Shown here piece by piece: positions 51,700 to 61,559 of a stretch of DNA of 64,000 nt. The notes below the pieces were generated by a model. That model was not told the DNA's origin, did no database searches, and saw only the letters and a list, made by a program, of their open reading frames with translations. Position 1 is the first letter of the stretch, and each line of letters starts with the position of its first letter. Both the position numbers and the translations under genes were made by a program. This DNA comes from Dehalococcoidia bacterium (lineage in GTDB: Bacteria > Chloroflexota > Dehalococcoidia > Lucifugimonadales > UBA1123): contig OY764155.1 of assembly GCA_963668275.2 (NCBI GenBank), positions 2,501,219-2,565,218 of the forward strand. The letters are read 5' to 3'.

Positions 51700-52872
51700 C
51701 TACTCTCTGCTGCCGGCGTAAACCTGGTGGGCGCGGTCTATGGCGCGAGCGCGGCCCTGCACCAGCGTTTCCTGGCGGGACTTGGCCCACTGGTTGGAGT
51801 TCTCCAAGCCGACGAGCGAACCCTGGAAGCGGGGCATGACGTAGCGGGCGAGGAGCTCGAAGCTGTTCAGGATACGGTCTCGCGGCGCCCAGTCTATCGC
51901 CTGCACCAGGAATCCGCCGAAGCCGCCGCTCTGCTCCTCCAGCTTGAGTATGCCCTCGATGCAGTCGTCGGGCGTACCGATAATCCATGAGTTGGTGTCG
52001 GCCATGTGGTCAATGACCTCTTCGAGCGGCCCATCGAAAGCGGCCTTGCGCCCGTTGGTTCCCTCGGTATATTCGCGCAGGAAGCGGCCGGCGCCCAACC
52101 TGGCCTCCTCGAACGCTTTTTCGCGGCTCTCGGCGAGGTGAACCGGAACCGTGAGACGCCAATCGAATCGGTTGACGGTCTGACCGTGTTCAGCCGCGGA
52201 TTCCTCGGCGACGTCCCAGAGGAAGCTGAGGTTGGTTCCGCCAGTCGCGGACGGATCCCTGGGGACGGTGATGGTCAGGATTGACGCGCCGTACTTTCCT
52301 GCCAGCGCGACGCCCGCGGGCGACTGGACGGACGCGACGGCTATGGGCATATAGGGCTTGGTGAACGGGCGCAACTGGAGCATCGCCTCGTTTAGCTCGA
52401 ACCAGTCGCTCTTGTAGGTTATCGGCTCGGTTTCGGTGAAGAGACGCAGGACGATACCGAAAGCCTCGTCCATCTTCTCGCGCTGCGTGGTGGGATCAAT
52501 GCCCATCATGTAGGCGTCGCCGGGCAGCGCGCCCGGGCCGACGCCGAACATGACCCGCCCGTGGGTCATGTGGTCTAGCTGGACCATGCGATTCGCGACC
52601 ATAAGCGGGTGATGGTAGGGCAGACTAATGACGCCTGTGCCGAGCTTGATGTGGCGAGTGCGGTCGGCGGCGATTCCGATGAAAATCTCGGGGGATGAGA
52701 TCGTCTCCCAGCCGGCGCTGTGATGCTCGCCTATCCAGGCCTCGTCGTATCCCAGATAGTCGAGCCACTGGATGAGTTCGAGGTCGCGGTCTATGGCCAG
52801 AGTTGGGTTCTCGCCGACGCGGTGGAACGGGCCGAGGAAGATTCCGAATTTCATTCTTTCGGGTAGTGTCAT
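51700..52872 (-). CDS. LLM-class (luciferase-like) flavin-dependent oxidoreductase
   Basis: MKFGIFLGPFH..., AWIGEHH and TIM-barrel LLM motifs. Start overlaps the upstream gene stop (ATGA). Confidence 0.85.
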   Translation of the reverse strand: MTLPERMKFGIFLGPFHRVGENPTLAIDRDLELIQWLDYLGYDEAWIGEHHSAGWETISSPEIFIGIAADRTRHIKLGTGVISLPYHHPLMVANRMVQLDHMTHGRVMFGVGPGALPGDAYMMGIDPTTQREKMDEAFGIVLRLFTETEPITYKSDWFELNEAMLQLRPFTKPYMPIAVASVQSPAGVALAGKYGASILTITVPRDPSATGGTNLSFLWDVAEESAAEHGQTVNRFDWRLTVPVHLAESREKAFEEARLGAGRFLREYTEGTNGRKAAFDGPLEEVIDHMADTNSWIIGTPDDCIEGILKLEEQSGGFGGFLVQAIDWAPRDRILNSFELLARYVMPRFQGSLVGLENSNQWAKSRQETLVQGRARAIDRAHQVYAGSRE

Positions 52873-53435
52873 TTTGGTTCACCTGTGTTTTGTGGAAATT
52901 CCGGGGGCGGTTCGTCGAAAGGGTCGCCTAGCTCATCGGCTTCTATTCGCCGCTGATTCCAGTCTGCCCAAGCCTGGTGCGCCTCGGCAAGGGCCCTGGC
53001 TCTGGATTCTCTAGCTTCAGCCCTAGCTACTTCCATGGCTTCGGATACGGCTTGGGACACGGCTTCGGCTATACGCTGCTCCTCTTCTGCCGCGCGCCTT
53101 GCCGCGTCTCTCCTGCGCTTCTCGTCAAGCTTGTCTTGCAAGTAACCCGATATAACCATAATAGACCATGCTCCTTCCAGCAGGATCATCGTGTACCCGA
53201 CCGATACTACTATCAGCGTACCGACTTTCAGACCAATCGCAATCGCTATCTCGGTAGGTCGCCTATGACCACCATATCCGACTTCCTCGAGGACTACCAA
53301 TACAGTCCAAGCGATAACCTGCGCGGAGAATATCAGCGCATACGCGAGCCACCAGCCACGCCTGATACTCAGCGCGGACTCCCGAACCGTGTCTATGGCA
53401 GATGTATTTTCCGACTGATTCGTGTCTTCTGTCAA
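52869..53435 (-). CDS. membrane protein with a charged coiled coil and a WNQRRIEADELGDPFDEPPP tail
   Basis: Three TM helices, then a long Ala/Glu/Arg helix. The tail motif is shared with the small proteins at 19829 and 20095. Confidence 0.5.
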   Translation of the reverse strand: MTEDTNQSENTSAIDTVRESALSIRRGWWLAYALIFSAQVIAWTVLVVLEEVGYGGHRRPTEIAIAIGLKVGTLIVVSVGYTMILLEGAWSIMVISGYLQDKLDEKRRRDAARRAAEEEQRIAEAVSQAVSEAMEVARAEARESRARALAEAHQAWADWNQRRIEADELGDPFDEPPPEFPQNTGEPK

Positions 53436-53458
53436 CGATGTGTCTTCCCGCGCACAGG

Positions 53459-54484
53459 CTAGACTTCTACCCTGTACACGCGGGCGGCGGTGTCGTGGAA
53501 CATGGCGGCGCGCTCGGAGTCGGAGTAGCTCTTCGACAGACGCTTGAAGGCATTGTACATCACGTTGTAGGAGTAGGAGACTTTGTCCACAGGGAAGTTG
53601 CTCTCGAACATACTGCGGTCTGGGCCGAACCGCTCTATGCAGTAGTTCATGAACGGGGCCATGGACTCAGCTAGTTCTTCCGAGCCGATGGGGGTGTCTC
53701 TTTCGTGCCAGTCGAATCCGTTGCTGGGCATTCCGATGCCGCCCAGCTTGACGTTCACGTTGGGACAATCGGCGACGGCGGCGATTCCATCGCGCCAGGT
53801 TTGCAACACTTCGTCGTTGTTGTTGGCGTATGGCCCAACCCTGAGAAGGCCGCCGATGTGGTTCAGGATGATTGTGAGATCAGGAACGGCCTTGGCGAAT
53901 TCGGCCAGTTCGGGAAGCTGGGGGGAATACATCCAGGCTTCCAGCGACATTCCCATTCGGGCGAGGACTCTCGCGCCGGCCCTGAAATCGTCGTTGGAAA
54001 GCTGCCCCCGCATCCTGTGGGCCGCCGTTAATGTTATCTCCGGGTGAGGGTCCCAGGTCACGGAGTGGCGGATACCGCGGAATCGGTTGGGGCTGGCGGC
54101 CTGGAGCGCTTCGAGCACGGGTTCGACGGCGGCGCCAAGCAGAAGGTTAGCGTGGCCTACTATCGAGGCGGCGGCGCGCGTAGGGCCGTACAGTCCGCTC
54201 TCGCTGGCGGCGGCGAGACCCTGTACGAACTCGACCTCGCCGACCGGGCGCATCTCTTCAGGGCCACTGGAGCGGTACATGGATCGGGCTTCGACGAACA
54301 CGGTGGAGCGAACGTTGTGTCCGCTGTTCACGTCATCGGCGAGTTCGTGCAGGAGATAGCGCTGGTACGGGATTCGCTCGGTACGCATATCCCAGAAGTG
54401 GTGATGTGGATCGCATATTGGAATTTCAGGCTCAAGGGTTGGCTCGGTCGTCAGCACGAGCCAGTCGTTACCACCGAACGGCAT
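53459..54484 (-). CDS. amidohydrolase-2 family (metal-dependent hydrolase/decarboxylase)
   Basis: ICDPHHHFWD metal-binding HxH and ILNHIGG. Operon-like with the two downstream genes. Confidence 0.8.
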   Translation of the reverse strand: MPFGGNDWLVLTTEPTLEPEIPICDPHHHFWDMRTERIPYQRYLLHELADDVNSGHNVRSTVFVEARSMYRSSGPEEMRPVGEVEFVQGLAAASESGLYGPTRAAASIVGHANLLLGAAVEPVLEALQAASPNRFRGIRHSVTWDPHPEITLTAAHRMRGQLSNDDFRAGARVLARMGMSLEAWMYSPQLPELAEFAKAVPDLTIILNHIGGLLRVGPYANNNDEVLQTWRDGIAAVADCPNVNVKLGGIGMPSNGFDWHERDTPIGSEELAESMAPFMNYCIERFGPDRSMFESNFPVDKVSYSYNVMYNAFKRLSKSYSDSERAAMFHDTAARVYRVEV

Positions 54485-54530
54485 ATCATTACCTCCGCAA
54501 GTTGATTAGGCGGGGCAATCATAGCATAAT

Positions 54531-54575
54531 GTCAGAATCAGGATTTGCAGGATTCCGGGATGTCCTGGATATGGG
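54531..54575 (-). repeat. AATCCTG-type repeat cluster, inverted orientation
   Basis: gtcagaatcaggatttgcaggattccgggatgtcctggatatgg is the reverse complement of the pattern seen at the other four sites. Confidence 0.65.
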
Positions 54576-54630
54576 GAAGATGCAGGAACTGATTCGATTG
54601 AGATGGTGGACATCAAGTCAGGCTGTCCAC

Positions 54631-56970
54631 TCAGGGCGCGCCGGGCAGGGATTGGCAGGCTATGCCGTCGTCATTGCCGTCCAACTTGTGCGGGTCAGAG
54701 TCGGGGCCGCCCTCGGATTCGTAGAAGTCTTGGGCTTCCTGCCAAGTATCGAAGTCCGAACAGTTGTGAGTATCTTCGGTTTCGGATGTTGGATCTGCCG
54801 CAGGCTTTCCAGGCGCGCCGGGCAAGGACTGACAGGCTACACCGTCGCCGTCACCGTCAAGACGGTGCGGGTCGGAGTCGGGGCCGCCCTCGGATTCGTA
54901 GAATGCCTGCGCTTCAGACCAGGTACTGAAGTCGGAACAGTTTCTATCCTCAAAAGTGTCCGATGCGGGCGTGGGCGCTGGAGTAGGCGCCGCGGAAGCG
55001 GGCGCTGACTTTCCGGGCGCGCCGGGCAAAGATTGGCACGCGATGCCGTCGTCATTTCCGTCGAGGTTGTGCGGATCGAAACCAGGGCCGCCCTCGGATT
55101 CGAAGAATGATTGCGCCTGTGACCATGTGTCGAAATCTGAGCAGTTATGAGTATCCTCGGGCTCTGGGATAGGAGTTTCCACCAAAGTCGGCGCAGTTGG
55201 AACGACGGCGGGGGTTGGACCGGTCGTATGGGTCGGCGTAGGATTGGCGGACGAATTGGATGTGGAGTTGCTACCGGGCGCGCCGGGGAGGGATTGGCAG
55301 GCTATGCCGTCGCCGTCTCTGTCGAGGCGATGGGGGTCTGAGCTAGGACCACCCTCTGACTCGTAGAAGGACTGAGCCTCCGACCAGGTATCGAAGTCCG
55401 AGCAGTTGCGGGAGTCTGTTGCGTTGGAACTCGAGGCTCTGTTTGGCGCGCCGGGTAGGGATTGGCAGGCTACGCCGTCGCCGTCTCTGTCGAGGCGATG
55501 CGGGTCGGAGCTAGGACCACCCTCGGATTCGTAGAAGTCTTGCGCTTCGGACCATGTAGCGAAGTCGGAGCAGTTGCGGTCTTGTATGGGGGTTGGGGTG
55601 GGTGTGATGGTTGGGGTTGGAGTGGGAGCTCCTATGAGGGACTGGCAAGGGATGCCGTTGCCGTCCGTATCGAGGCCATACGGATCCGACTTAGGGCCGC
55701 CATACGATACGAAGAACGCTTGGGCCTCGCGCCATACGCTGAAGTCTGAACAGGTTGGGGTAAGCGAAGCGGTCTCGCCATCGCCCGGTTCCGAGGTGAT
55801 GGAACTAGTTGGCGCGCCGGGGAGGGTTTGGCAGGCAACGCCGTCGCCGTCTCTATCCAGCTTGTGAGGATCGGATTCGGGGCCGCCTTGTTCCTCGTAG
55901 AACGCCTGCGCCTCAGACCATGTGTCGAAGTCGGAGCAGTTGCGGTCTGGCAACGGCTTGGGAAAGTCCACGGACATTGGGGTAGGTGTGGGAGTGAGAA
56001 CAGAGGTCGGAGTGGGCGTTCCGGTTGGCGGAGACGCAGAGGTAGAGGATACAGGGCTGGCGGTTTGGGTTGGCGGCGCGGTTTGTGTGGGAGGCATCGG
56101 AGTGGGAGTTCCAGTCGGCGGCGCGGTTTGAGGTAGTGATGTGGGCATGGGCGTGGGAGTGTCGTTAGCTTGACTGTCTTGCTGGTGTACGGTCTGAATG
56201 AAGACGCGCGTTTGGCAGGTGTCGAGCATCTCGCCCAAGGCATCGGCCTCAGCTTGAGTTGCGGTTAAGTCCCATTCGCGCTTGATGGTTATCCAGTCCA
56301 GAGCGTACTGGCACCAGTAGCGCTGATTCGGCGGTCGCCATTCGTCGGGGGCTTTGCTTCCCTTGGAGCGGTTGGCGGACCGGCTCACCGCGATGAGGTG
56401 TTCGGGGTAGGTGAGGTCGTTGGCGTATTCTCGCTTGCGGTCTCTGTCCCAGGCGTAGCCTCCCGACCTGTGGGCGTTGGCCAGAGGGACCATGTGATCA
56501 ATGTCCAGGTCGCGGGGGTCTGAGAACATTCTTCCGGTAAATGGGTCTGTCCAACTGCCCGCGACGACATTGCATTGGCGGCTGTCCTCGAACTCGGTCG
56601 GCGCGGTGGACTCGGATAGCAGGACTTCGTGGCGGGCGTTCTGGCAGTCGCCGTCCGCGTCTATCCAGTGTTTCCATTCGTCGCGGTCATAGGGGATCTG
56701 GGTATCGGCGGGCGATATGGTGAGTCGCAGGATGATAGTGGAGGCTCTGGGCGGGACGGTCGGGATTGGGGTTGGGACAATTGCGGCCGGGGTAGGTGTC
56801 CCAGTGGGCGTGAATATGGGGATGGACGAAGGCGCGGGGGTCGCGGTTTGAAGCGGGGAAGTATCGGGGGGAGAGTCCGGGGGTTGGGAGCAGGCCGCCA
56901 AAGCCGTTATGCACAGGCAAAAGAGAAACGCCACGCCCGTGACGATGTATGGAAGGCGTGGCGTTTTCAA
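54631..56970 (-). CDS. lipoprotein: DUF1524/HNH-type nuclease domain plus seven Excalibur Ca-binding domains
   Basis: Lipobox ITALAAC. LDIDHMVPLANAHRSGG...AVSRSANRSKG (nt 56266-56688). Pro/Thr linkers. Seven copies of NCSDF.TW.EAQ.FYE.EGGP..DPH.LD.DGDG.ACQSLPGAP. Confidence 0.8.
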   Translation of the reverse strand: MKTPRLPYIVTGVAFLFCLCITALAACSQPPDSPPDTSPLQTATPAPSSIPIFTPTGTPTPAAIVPTPIPTVPPRASTIILRLTISPADTQIPYDRDEWKHWIDADGDCQNARHEVLLSESTAPTEFEDSRQCNVVAGSWTDPFTGRMFSDPRDLDIDHMVPLANAHRSGGYAWDRDRKREYANDLTYPEHLIAVSRSANRSKGSKAPDEWRPPNQRYWCQYALDWITIKREWDLTATQAEADALGEMLDTCQTRVFIQTVHQQDSQANDTPTPMPTSLPQTAPPTGTPTPMPPTQTAPPTQTASPVSSTSASPPTGTPTPTSVLTPTPTPMSVDFPKPLPDRNCSDFDTWSEAQAFYEEQGGPESDPHKLDRDGDGVACQTLPGAPTSSITSEPGDGETASLTPTCSDFSVWREAQAFFVSYGGPKSDPYGLDTDGNGIPCQSLIGAPTPTPTITPTPTPIQDRNCSDFATWSEAQDFYESEGGPSSDPHRLDRDGDGVACQSLPGAPNRASSSNATDSRNCSDFDTWSEAQSFYESEGGPSSDPHRLDRDGDGIACQSLPGAPGSNSTSNSSANPTPTHTTGPTPAVVPTAPTLVETPIPEPEDTHNCSDFDTWSQAQSFFESEGGPGFDPHNLDGNDDGIACQSLPGAPGKSAPASAAPTPAPTPASDTFEDRNCSDFSTWSEAQAFYESEGGPDSDPHRLDGDGDGVACQSLPGAPGKPAADPTSETEDTHNCSDFDTWQEAQDFYESEGGPDSDPHKLDGNDDGIACQSLPGAP
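54634..55944 (-). repeat. array of seven Excalibur-domain repeats with PT-rich linkers
   Basis: Residues 343-779. The last repeat ends at the stop codon. Confidence 0.8.
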
Positions 56971-57070
56971 TTTGCGTAATGACAGGCCGGGCTAGGTTCT
57001 GTTGACATCTGAAAATTGAACGTTCCGCGCAAGCTATATTGCAGCTAGTCAGGACACAATACACGTGTAG

Positions 57071-57090
57071 ATTCCCGATTTCGCGGGAAT
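57071..57090. repeat. REP-type hairpin variant attcccga-tttc-gcgggaat
   Basis: One stem mismatch relative to the other four copies. Confidence 0.65.
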
Positions 57091-57118
57091 GACGATAATG
57101 TCAACACGGCCTATGACC

Positions 57119-58867
57119 TCAGACGGCGCACTCTCCCTCGCCGCGCTCCAGGATATACTTGGCTGTCTTGCTCCAGTCAATGTACATATCGAGCGAATCA
57201 CGGTTGAGTTCGGGGATGTCCTTGAACTCTGCCAGCAGAGGCTCGAAGGACTCGGGGCCTACCCTGGCGGCGAAGTCGCGGAAGATCTCATCGTCGCCGC
57301 GCTCGGCCTTGTAGAAGTCGAGAACCTTTCTGAGCGCCTGGGGCATACTCTTCGCGGGGACTTTGGTCTTGACCCTGAGTCCGATGCGGGTGTCTCCATC
57401 CTCGAAGCCTCCGCCGAGGAACATTTCGTAGGCGGGAACCTGGCCGCCCGGCCCCTTAGCCGCCGCGCCGTGGAAGCCGATGTCGGCTACGTGGTGCTGC
57501 CCGCATCCATTGGGGCAGCCGCTCATCTTGATGTGCATCTTGCGGATGAGAGGGTCTTCCTCTTTGTCTATCACACTTACGGCGTCGGTGATTGCGCGAC
57601 CAAGACCCATGGATGAGGTGATGCCGAGCTTGCAGCTATCGGTGCCGGGGCAGGATACGACGTCGGTTATCTCAAGCGCGCCGGCGTCGCCGAAGCCTAT
57701 CTCGTTCAGCCGCTGCCAGACTTCGTAGAGCGCGTTTTCGGGCACCCATCGGACGGCGAGGTTCTGCTGGTGAGTGAGCCTGGCGCGGCTGGCGCCGTAC
57801 TTGCGGGTGAGGTCGGCGAGTTGGTGGAACTGCTCGGCCTGTATGTCGCCGAGGGGCAGCTTGGCGGTTACGGTGTGGTATCCGGCCTGCTTCTGGGCCT
57901 TGACGTTGGTCGCGAGCCAACGGTCGAATTCGGAATCTGAGCCGGCGGGCGCGAAATTGCCGTCCAGCGCGGGGGCGTCGGCCTCTTCGTCGTCTATGAA
58001 CAGAAGGCCCTCGGGGTCGAATGAGCGCTGCGCCCAGTCTTCCTGCAGTTGTTCTTCCACGAGGTTGCGGAACTCGTCTATGCCTATCCGGTCAATCATG
58101 AACTTGACGCGGGCCTTCATCCGGTTGCGGCGTTCCTGATCGGAATTGTGGAAGACTCTGAGCGCGGCCTCGGTGACTCTCAGGAACTCGTCGGCGGGGA
58201 CGAATTCGTATAGGGTAGGCGCGATGCGGGGCATGATGGAGGTGCCGCCGCCCATCATCATCTTGAATCCCTTCTGACCGTCCTGGATGACGGGGAGGAA
58301 GCCCACGTCGTGGATGCCGGTTATGGCGCAGTCGCGGGAGCAGCCGGAGAAGGCGGTCTTTATCTTGCGGGGCATTGACTGGGTGAAGGGATGGCGGACG
58401 AAGTAGCGCGAGTAGGCCGCCGCGTATGGTGTGACGTCGAACGGCTCCAGGGCGCAGACGCCCGCTATCTCGCAGCCGGTGACGTTGCGGACGGTGTTGC
58501 CGCAGGCCTCGCGGGTGGTGAGGCCGACCGCGGCCAGCATACGCATAATCGTCGGGGCGTCAGGAAGCGGGATGTGATGAAGCTGGATGTTCTCGCGGGT
58601 GGTCACGTGGCCCTTGTTCAGGGGGGCGTACCGGGCGACTATCTCGCCGAGCGTGTCGAGTTGATCAGCGGTCATGCCTCCGAAAGGTATCTTGATGCGG
58701 AACATATGGACGTCGGGCTGGCGCTGGCCGTAAACGCCCTGCCGCAGGCGGAAGGCCATGAAGTCGGTGGGGTCCCAGTCCCCGGCCTGGAATCTTTTGA
58801 CTCCGGCCTCGAACTCTTCTATTTCTGAGGGGAAGTACTCGATTATGGGATTGGTCTGGGTGGTCAT
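57119..58867 (-). CDS. ferredoxin-dependent sulfite/nitrite reductase hemoprotein (NirA/Sir family)
   Basis: Duplicated NIR_SIR fold. Siroheme/4Fe-4S Cys cluster VVSCPGTDSCKLG and SGCPNGCGQHHVADIGF. Start at ATG 58867, preceded by GGAAGGAAG. Confidence 0.9.
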   Translation of the reverse strand: MTTQTNPIIEYFPSEIEEFEAGVKRFQAGDWDPTDFMAFRLRQGVYGQRQPDVHMFRIKIPFGGMTADQLDTLGEIVARYAPLNKGHVTTRENIQLHHIPLPDAPTIMRMLAAVGLTTREACGNTVRNVTGCEIAGVCALEPFDVTPYAAAYSRYFVRHPFTQSMPRKIKTAFSGCSRDCAITGIHDVGFLPVIQDGQKGFKMMMGGGTSIMPRIAPTLYEFVPADEFLRVTEAALRVFHNSDQERRNRMKARVKFMIDRIGIDEFRNLVEEQLQEDWAQRSFDPEGLLFIDDEEADAPALDGNFAPAGSDSEFDRWLATNVKAQKQAGYHTVTAKLPLGDIQAEQFHQLADLTRKYGASRARLTHQQNLAVRWVPENALYEVWQRLNEIGFGDAGALEITDVVSCPGTDSCKLGITSSMGLGRAITDAVSVIDKEEDPLIRKMHIKMSGCPNGCGQHHVADIGFHGAAAKGPGGQVPAYEMFLGGGFEDGDTRIGLRVKTKVPAKSMPQALRKVLDFYKAERGDDEIFRDFAARVGPESFEPLLAEFKDIPELNRDSLDMYIDWSKTAKYILERGEGECAV

Positions 58868-59049
58868 TTTCCGACTTCCTTCCTGGACTCTTCGGGAGGG
58901 CATTGGTGGGAGCGTATTTCCCGAACGCTACCATACGACTTAAGGAATGATAGCCTAGCATACCGTATGGTTGGGCGTACCTGTATGCCCCGAACACTAT
59001 GTCATAAATCTATCAACAGAGGATGTAGGTGTCAACCTACACGGAGCGT

Positions 59050-60212
59050 AGGGGACTGTTTCATGGAGTGTGGGAATTGAAAAAAGGCGAGACGGCCTTA
59101 GAATTGGGGTTGTACGAAACCAGTTCACAGGGAGTCTCGCCATGTTCATCATAAAGCTTGCCAACCGGCGCGTCGAGTCCCAGCCAGAGCCGCCCGGCCA
59201 GTGTCCGAGGTGTGGAAGTGGGGGATTGCACAAGTGGGGCAGACCCAAAGTCCGCAGGATAGTGGACATACCGGTCAGCGAGATAAGAACTCAGAGGTAT
59301 CGTTGCAAGAACTGCCACAGGACTATGACGGCCAAACCCGTCGGCGTGGGAAGAGCGGCGCGGAGCCATGCGTTCACGGCGTTGGTGGGAGTTCTGTACG
59401 CTCTGGGACTGAGCCATCGGGGGGTGGAGACCGCGATGGGGCTGTTCGGACACCACATAGACCATGTGAGCGGTTGGAGAGACATACAGAGATTGGGCAA
59501 GGCTGTCAGAAGGCGGCTTCGGAGTGTCGGGGCGAAGGTTGTCGGGGTAGACGAGACCTGGCTGAAGGTGAAGGGCGGGTCCAGACCTGTGGGCGTGGTG
59601 GTGGACGTTGGGGGGAGAACGCTGAACATAGAGTTGACCGGAACGGGCTTCGACTATGAGAGTTGGTTCAGGTCTATGGCTGACGAACTTGGAGTTGAGG
59701 TTGTGGTTACGGACGATTCGACCGATTACAGCGTCGGCGTCTGTGAAGCCGGACTGTCCAGGCAGCAGTGCGCGGCACACATGAAAAGAACGCTTGGCCG
59801 CGCCAAAGGACGACTCCCAAAGAAGACTCGCGTCCGACACAAGGATCTGCTCGACCAACTGTCTGAGATGGTCAAAGACCTGCCCTCGGACGGAGCGAGA
59901 ATACTGCTCGAATGGTCAACGCGCGGACGGCTGCCCGACGAGATGCGCTGGGTGGTTACCCATCTTCTGGTCAAGTGGAGAGAGTTGACGCTTCATCAGA
60001 GGCGCGCGGGCGCGCCGAATAGTACGAACTGGCTGGAAGGAAGGTTCGGACGGATCAAACCAAGATACAGAGCCACAAGAGGACTGAAGAGCGACGCGGG
60101 CGCTCTCAACTTCATGTCTGTGGTCTGCGACGCGCTTGCCTAGAGTCTGTTCAATCCCATGAGACGATAGCGTCCGCGACTCTGATGACTACACTAAGTG
60201 AAACAGTGCCGC
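59050..60212 (+). mobile_element. IS element with imperfect ~22-bp inverted ends
   Basis: gggactgtttcatggagtgtgg (59052 onward) versus the reverse complement of ctacactaagtgaaacagtgcc (ending 60210). Boundaries approximate. Confidence 0.55.
59142..60143 (+). CDS. DDE transposase with N-terminal zinc ribbon (IS1/IS6-like; family unassigned)
   Basis: CPRCGS..(x)..RYRCKNCHRT, VVGVDETWLKVKG, VVVTDDSTDY and NSTNWLEGRFGRIKPRYRATRG. Confidence 0.65.
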   Translation: MFIIKLANRRVESQPEPPGQCPRCGSGGLHKWGRPKVRRIVDIPVSEIRTQRYRCKNCHRTMTAKPVGVGRAARSHAFTALVGVLYALGLSHRGVETAMGLFGHHIDHVSGWRDIQRLGKAVRRRLRSVGAKVVGVDETWLKVKGGSRPVGVVVDVGGRTLNIELTGTGFDYESWFRSMADELGVEVVVTDDSTDYSVGVCEAGLSRQQCAAHMKRTLGRAKGRLPKKTRVRHKDLLDQLSEMVKDLPSDGARILLEWSTRGRLPDEMRWVVTHLLVKWRELTLHQRRAGAPNSTNWLEGRFGRIKPRYRATRGLKSDAGALNFMSVVCDALA

Positions 60213-60493
60213 GGACGGACTTCCGATCCTCACGCCGACAACGGCGCCATCCTGAAATTCTCCAGTGGTCCGCGCCTCTGGTAAGATGGAAGGCAACCCA
60301 ATCCAAAGGGGACAACGACATGGTGAGCGATAGAATCACTAAGGACAGAGAGAAAGCGCAGGCGGACGCGGAAGCCACCGCCCAGAGACGGACTGCTATT
60401 ACTCAACCCCCGGCCTCCCAGATTCCTCATAAACCCAAAGTCGTTCCGCATCACAGCGGATACGCGCCCGGTGTCGATCCGAAGAATCTGATA

Positions 60494-61556
60494 GGACTTA
60501 CGCAGTTGAGAGGACGTAGAGAGGACGTTGGATGTAATGTCGGATGGAATCTCTGATGATGGCGTTTTGGGCCTCGTACCAACTGACGCCTGTTTTCAGT
60601 CTATGAGCCTCCAGTCGGACGAAGGCTCTTATGGACAGTGCGATATGGTTCATCTGAGCCCTGGCAGACCTGACCTGCGCCTTCTCGATGCCACAGCATT
60701 GCTTGACGCCTCTATGGCAGTTCTCGATAGTCCACGCGTTCTTGTCCAACACATCGAGTTCGCTCACACACATCCGGAGGTCGTCGGTCGCCCAGTATTG
60801 CGCGTCCCCATTCCCGGAGACTGTCCGAAACACCTTTATGAACCCGTATCCTCTCAGATGAACCCGTCTTCCCTCAGCGCTGATTTCAATGGAACCGACA
60901 GCGACGTTGCCACTCCCGTCGGGGTTGACCTGTCTGTTGGACTTGAGTCGAGTGAGCCACGACCAACCGTAGGCGCGAACCTGTTTCAGATTCTCCAAAG
61001 AACTGTGCCAACTGTCGAACAAGACTCGCTCAGGCGCAAAGCCGCGCATCGGCTCTGCCAAGCATATCCCTGAAGCGTTCGTTCTTGTTCTTGCCTCTCC
61101 AATCGGCTTGTCATAGACCCGAAAGTCGCATGGGATGATGGCGCGCCCATCAGTCCAGACCATGCTTATGAGATTTATGCCCAACACCACCTTGTGATAT
61201 TTGCCGCTCCAATGACGAGACACCAGTTCGATTCTGCGCGCATACGGCTTGTCCAGAGTGGAGTCGTCCAGAACCAGGACTCCCGCCTTGCGTCTGAGCA
61301 GACCCCGCGTCTCCCGCCACAGCGCCTCTGTGTCGGGAGGCTGTCTTGTGAGCAGGCGGGTGAAGGCGTCATCGGAGGGCGCGTCGGCTTCATCGGGCTG
61401 ACAGCGAGCGGCCTCAGTACAACTGAAGGCTCTCTGAGCGGCGATTATGAAGTGTATGTAGTCATGTTCGTCGCACTTGGCTGGATTCATGTCATCTACT
61501 CGACTTGGGTTGCGTTCACCTCTATCCTAATCAATATCGGGCAACTGCGTAACTCC
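60494..61556 (-). mobile_element. IS4/IS701-superfamily insertion sequence
   Basis: Inverted ends ggacttacgcagttg (60494-60508) and caactgcgtaactcc (61542-61556), 14/15 matching. Confidence 0.65.
60498..61490 (-). CDS. DDE transposase (IS4/IS701-like)
   Basis: LVLDDSTLDKPYAR, HWSGKYHKVVLGINL, VLFDSWHSSLENLK and WTIENCHRGVKQ. Confidence 0.8.
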   Translation of the reverse strand: MNPAKCDEHDYIHFIIAAQRAFSCTEAARCQPDEADAPSDDAFTRLLTRQPPDTEALWRETRGLLRRKAGVLVLDDSTLDKPYARRIELVSRHWSGKYHKVVLGINLISMVWTDGRAIIPCDFRVYDKPIGEARTRTNASGICLAEPMRGFAPERVLFDSWHSSLENLKQVRAYGWSWLTRLKSNRQVNPDGSGNVAVGSIEISAEGRRVHLRGYGFIKVFRTVSGNGDAQYWATDDLRMCVSELDVLDKNAWTIENCHRGVKQCCGIEKAQVRSARAQMNHIALSIRAFVRLEAHRLKTGVSWYEAQNAIIRDSIRHYIQRPLYVLSTA

Positions 61557-61559
61557 TAA

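Noticed and set aside
54603-56243. Several 60-200-aa ORFs on the plus strand, or in other frames, within the Excalibur/PT-linker region
   Set aside because: They are shadows of the repetitive 779-aa gene, with Gly/Arg/Val-rich periodic sequences and no independent signals.
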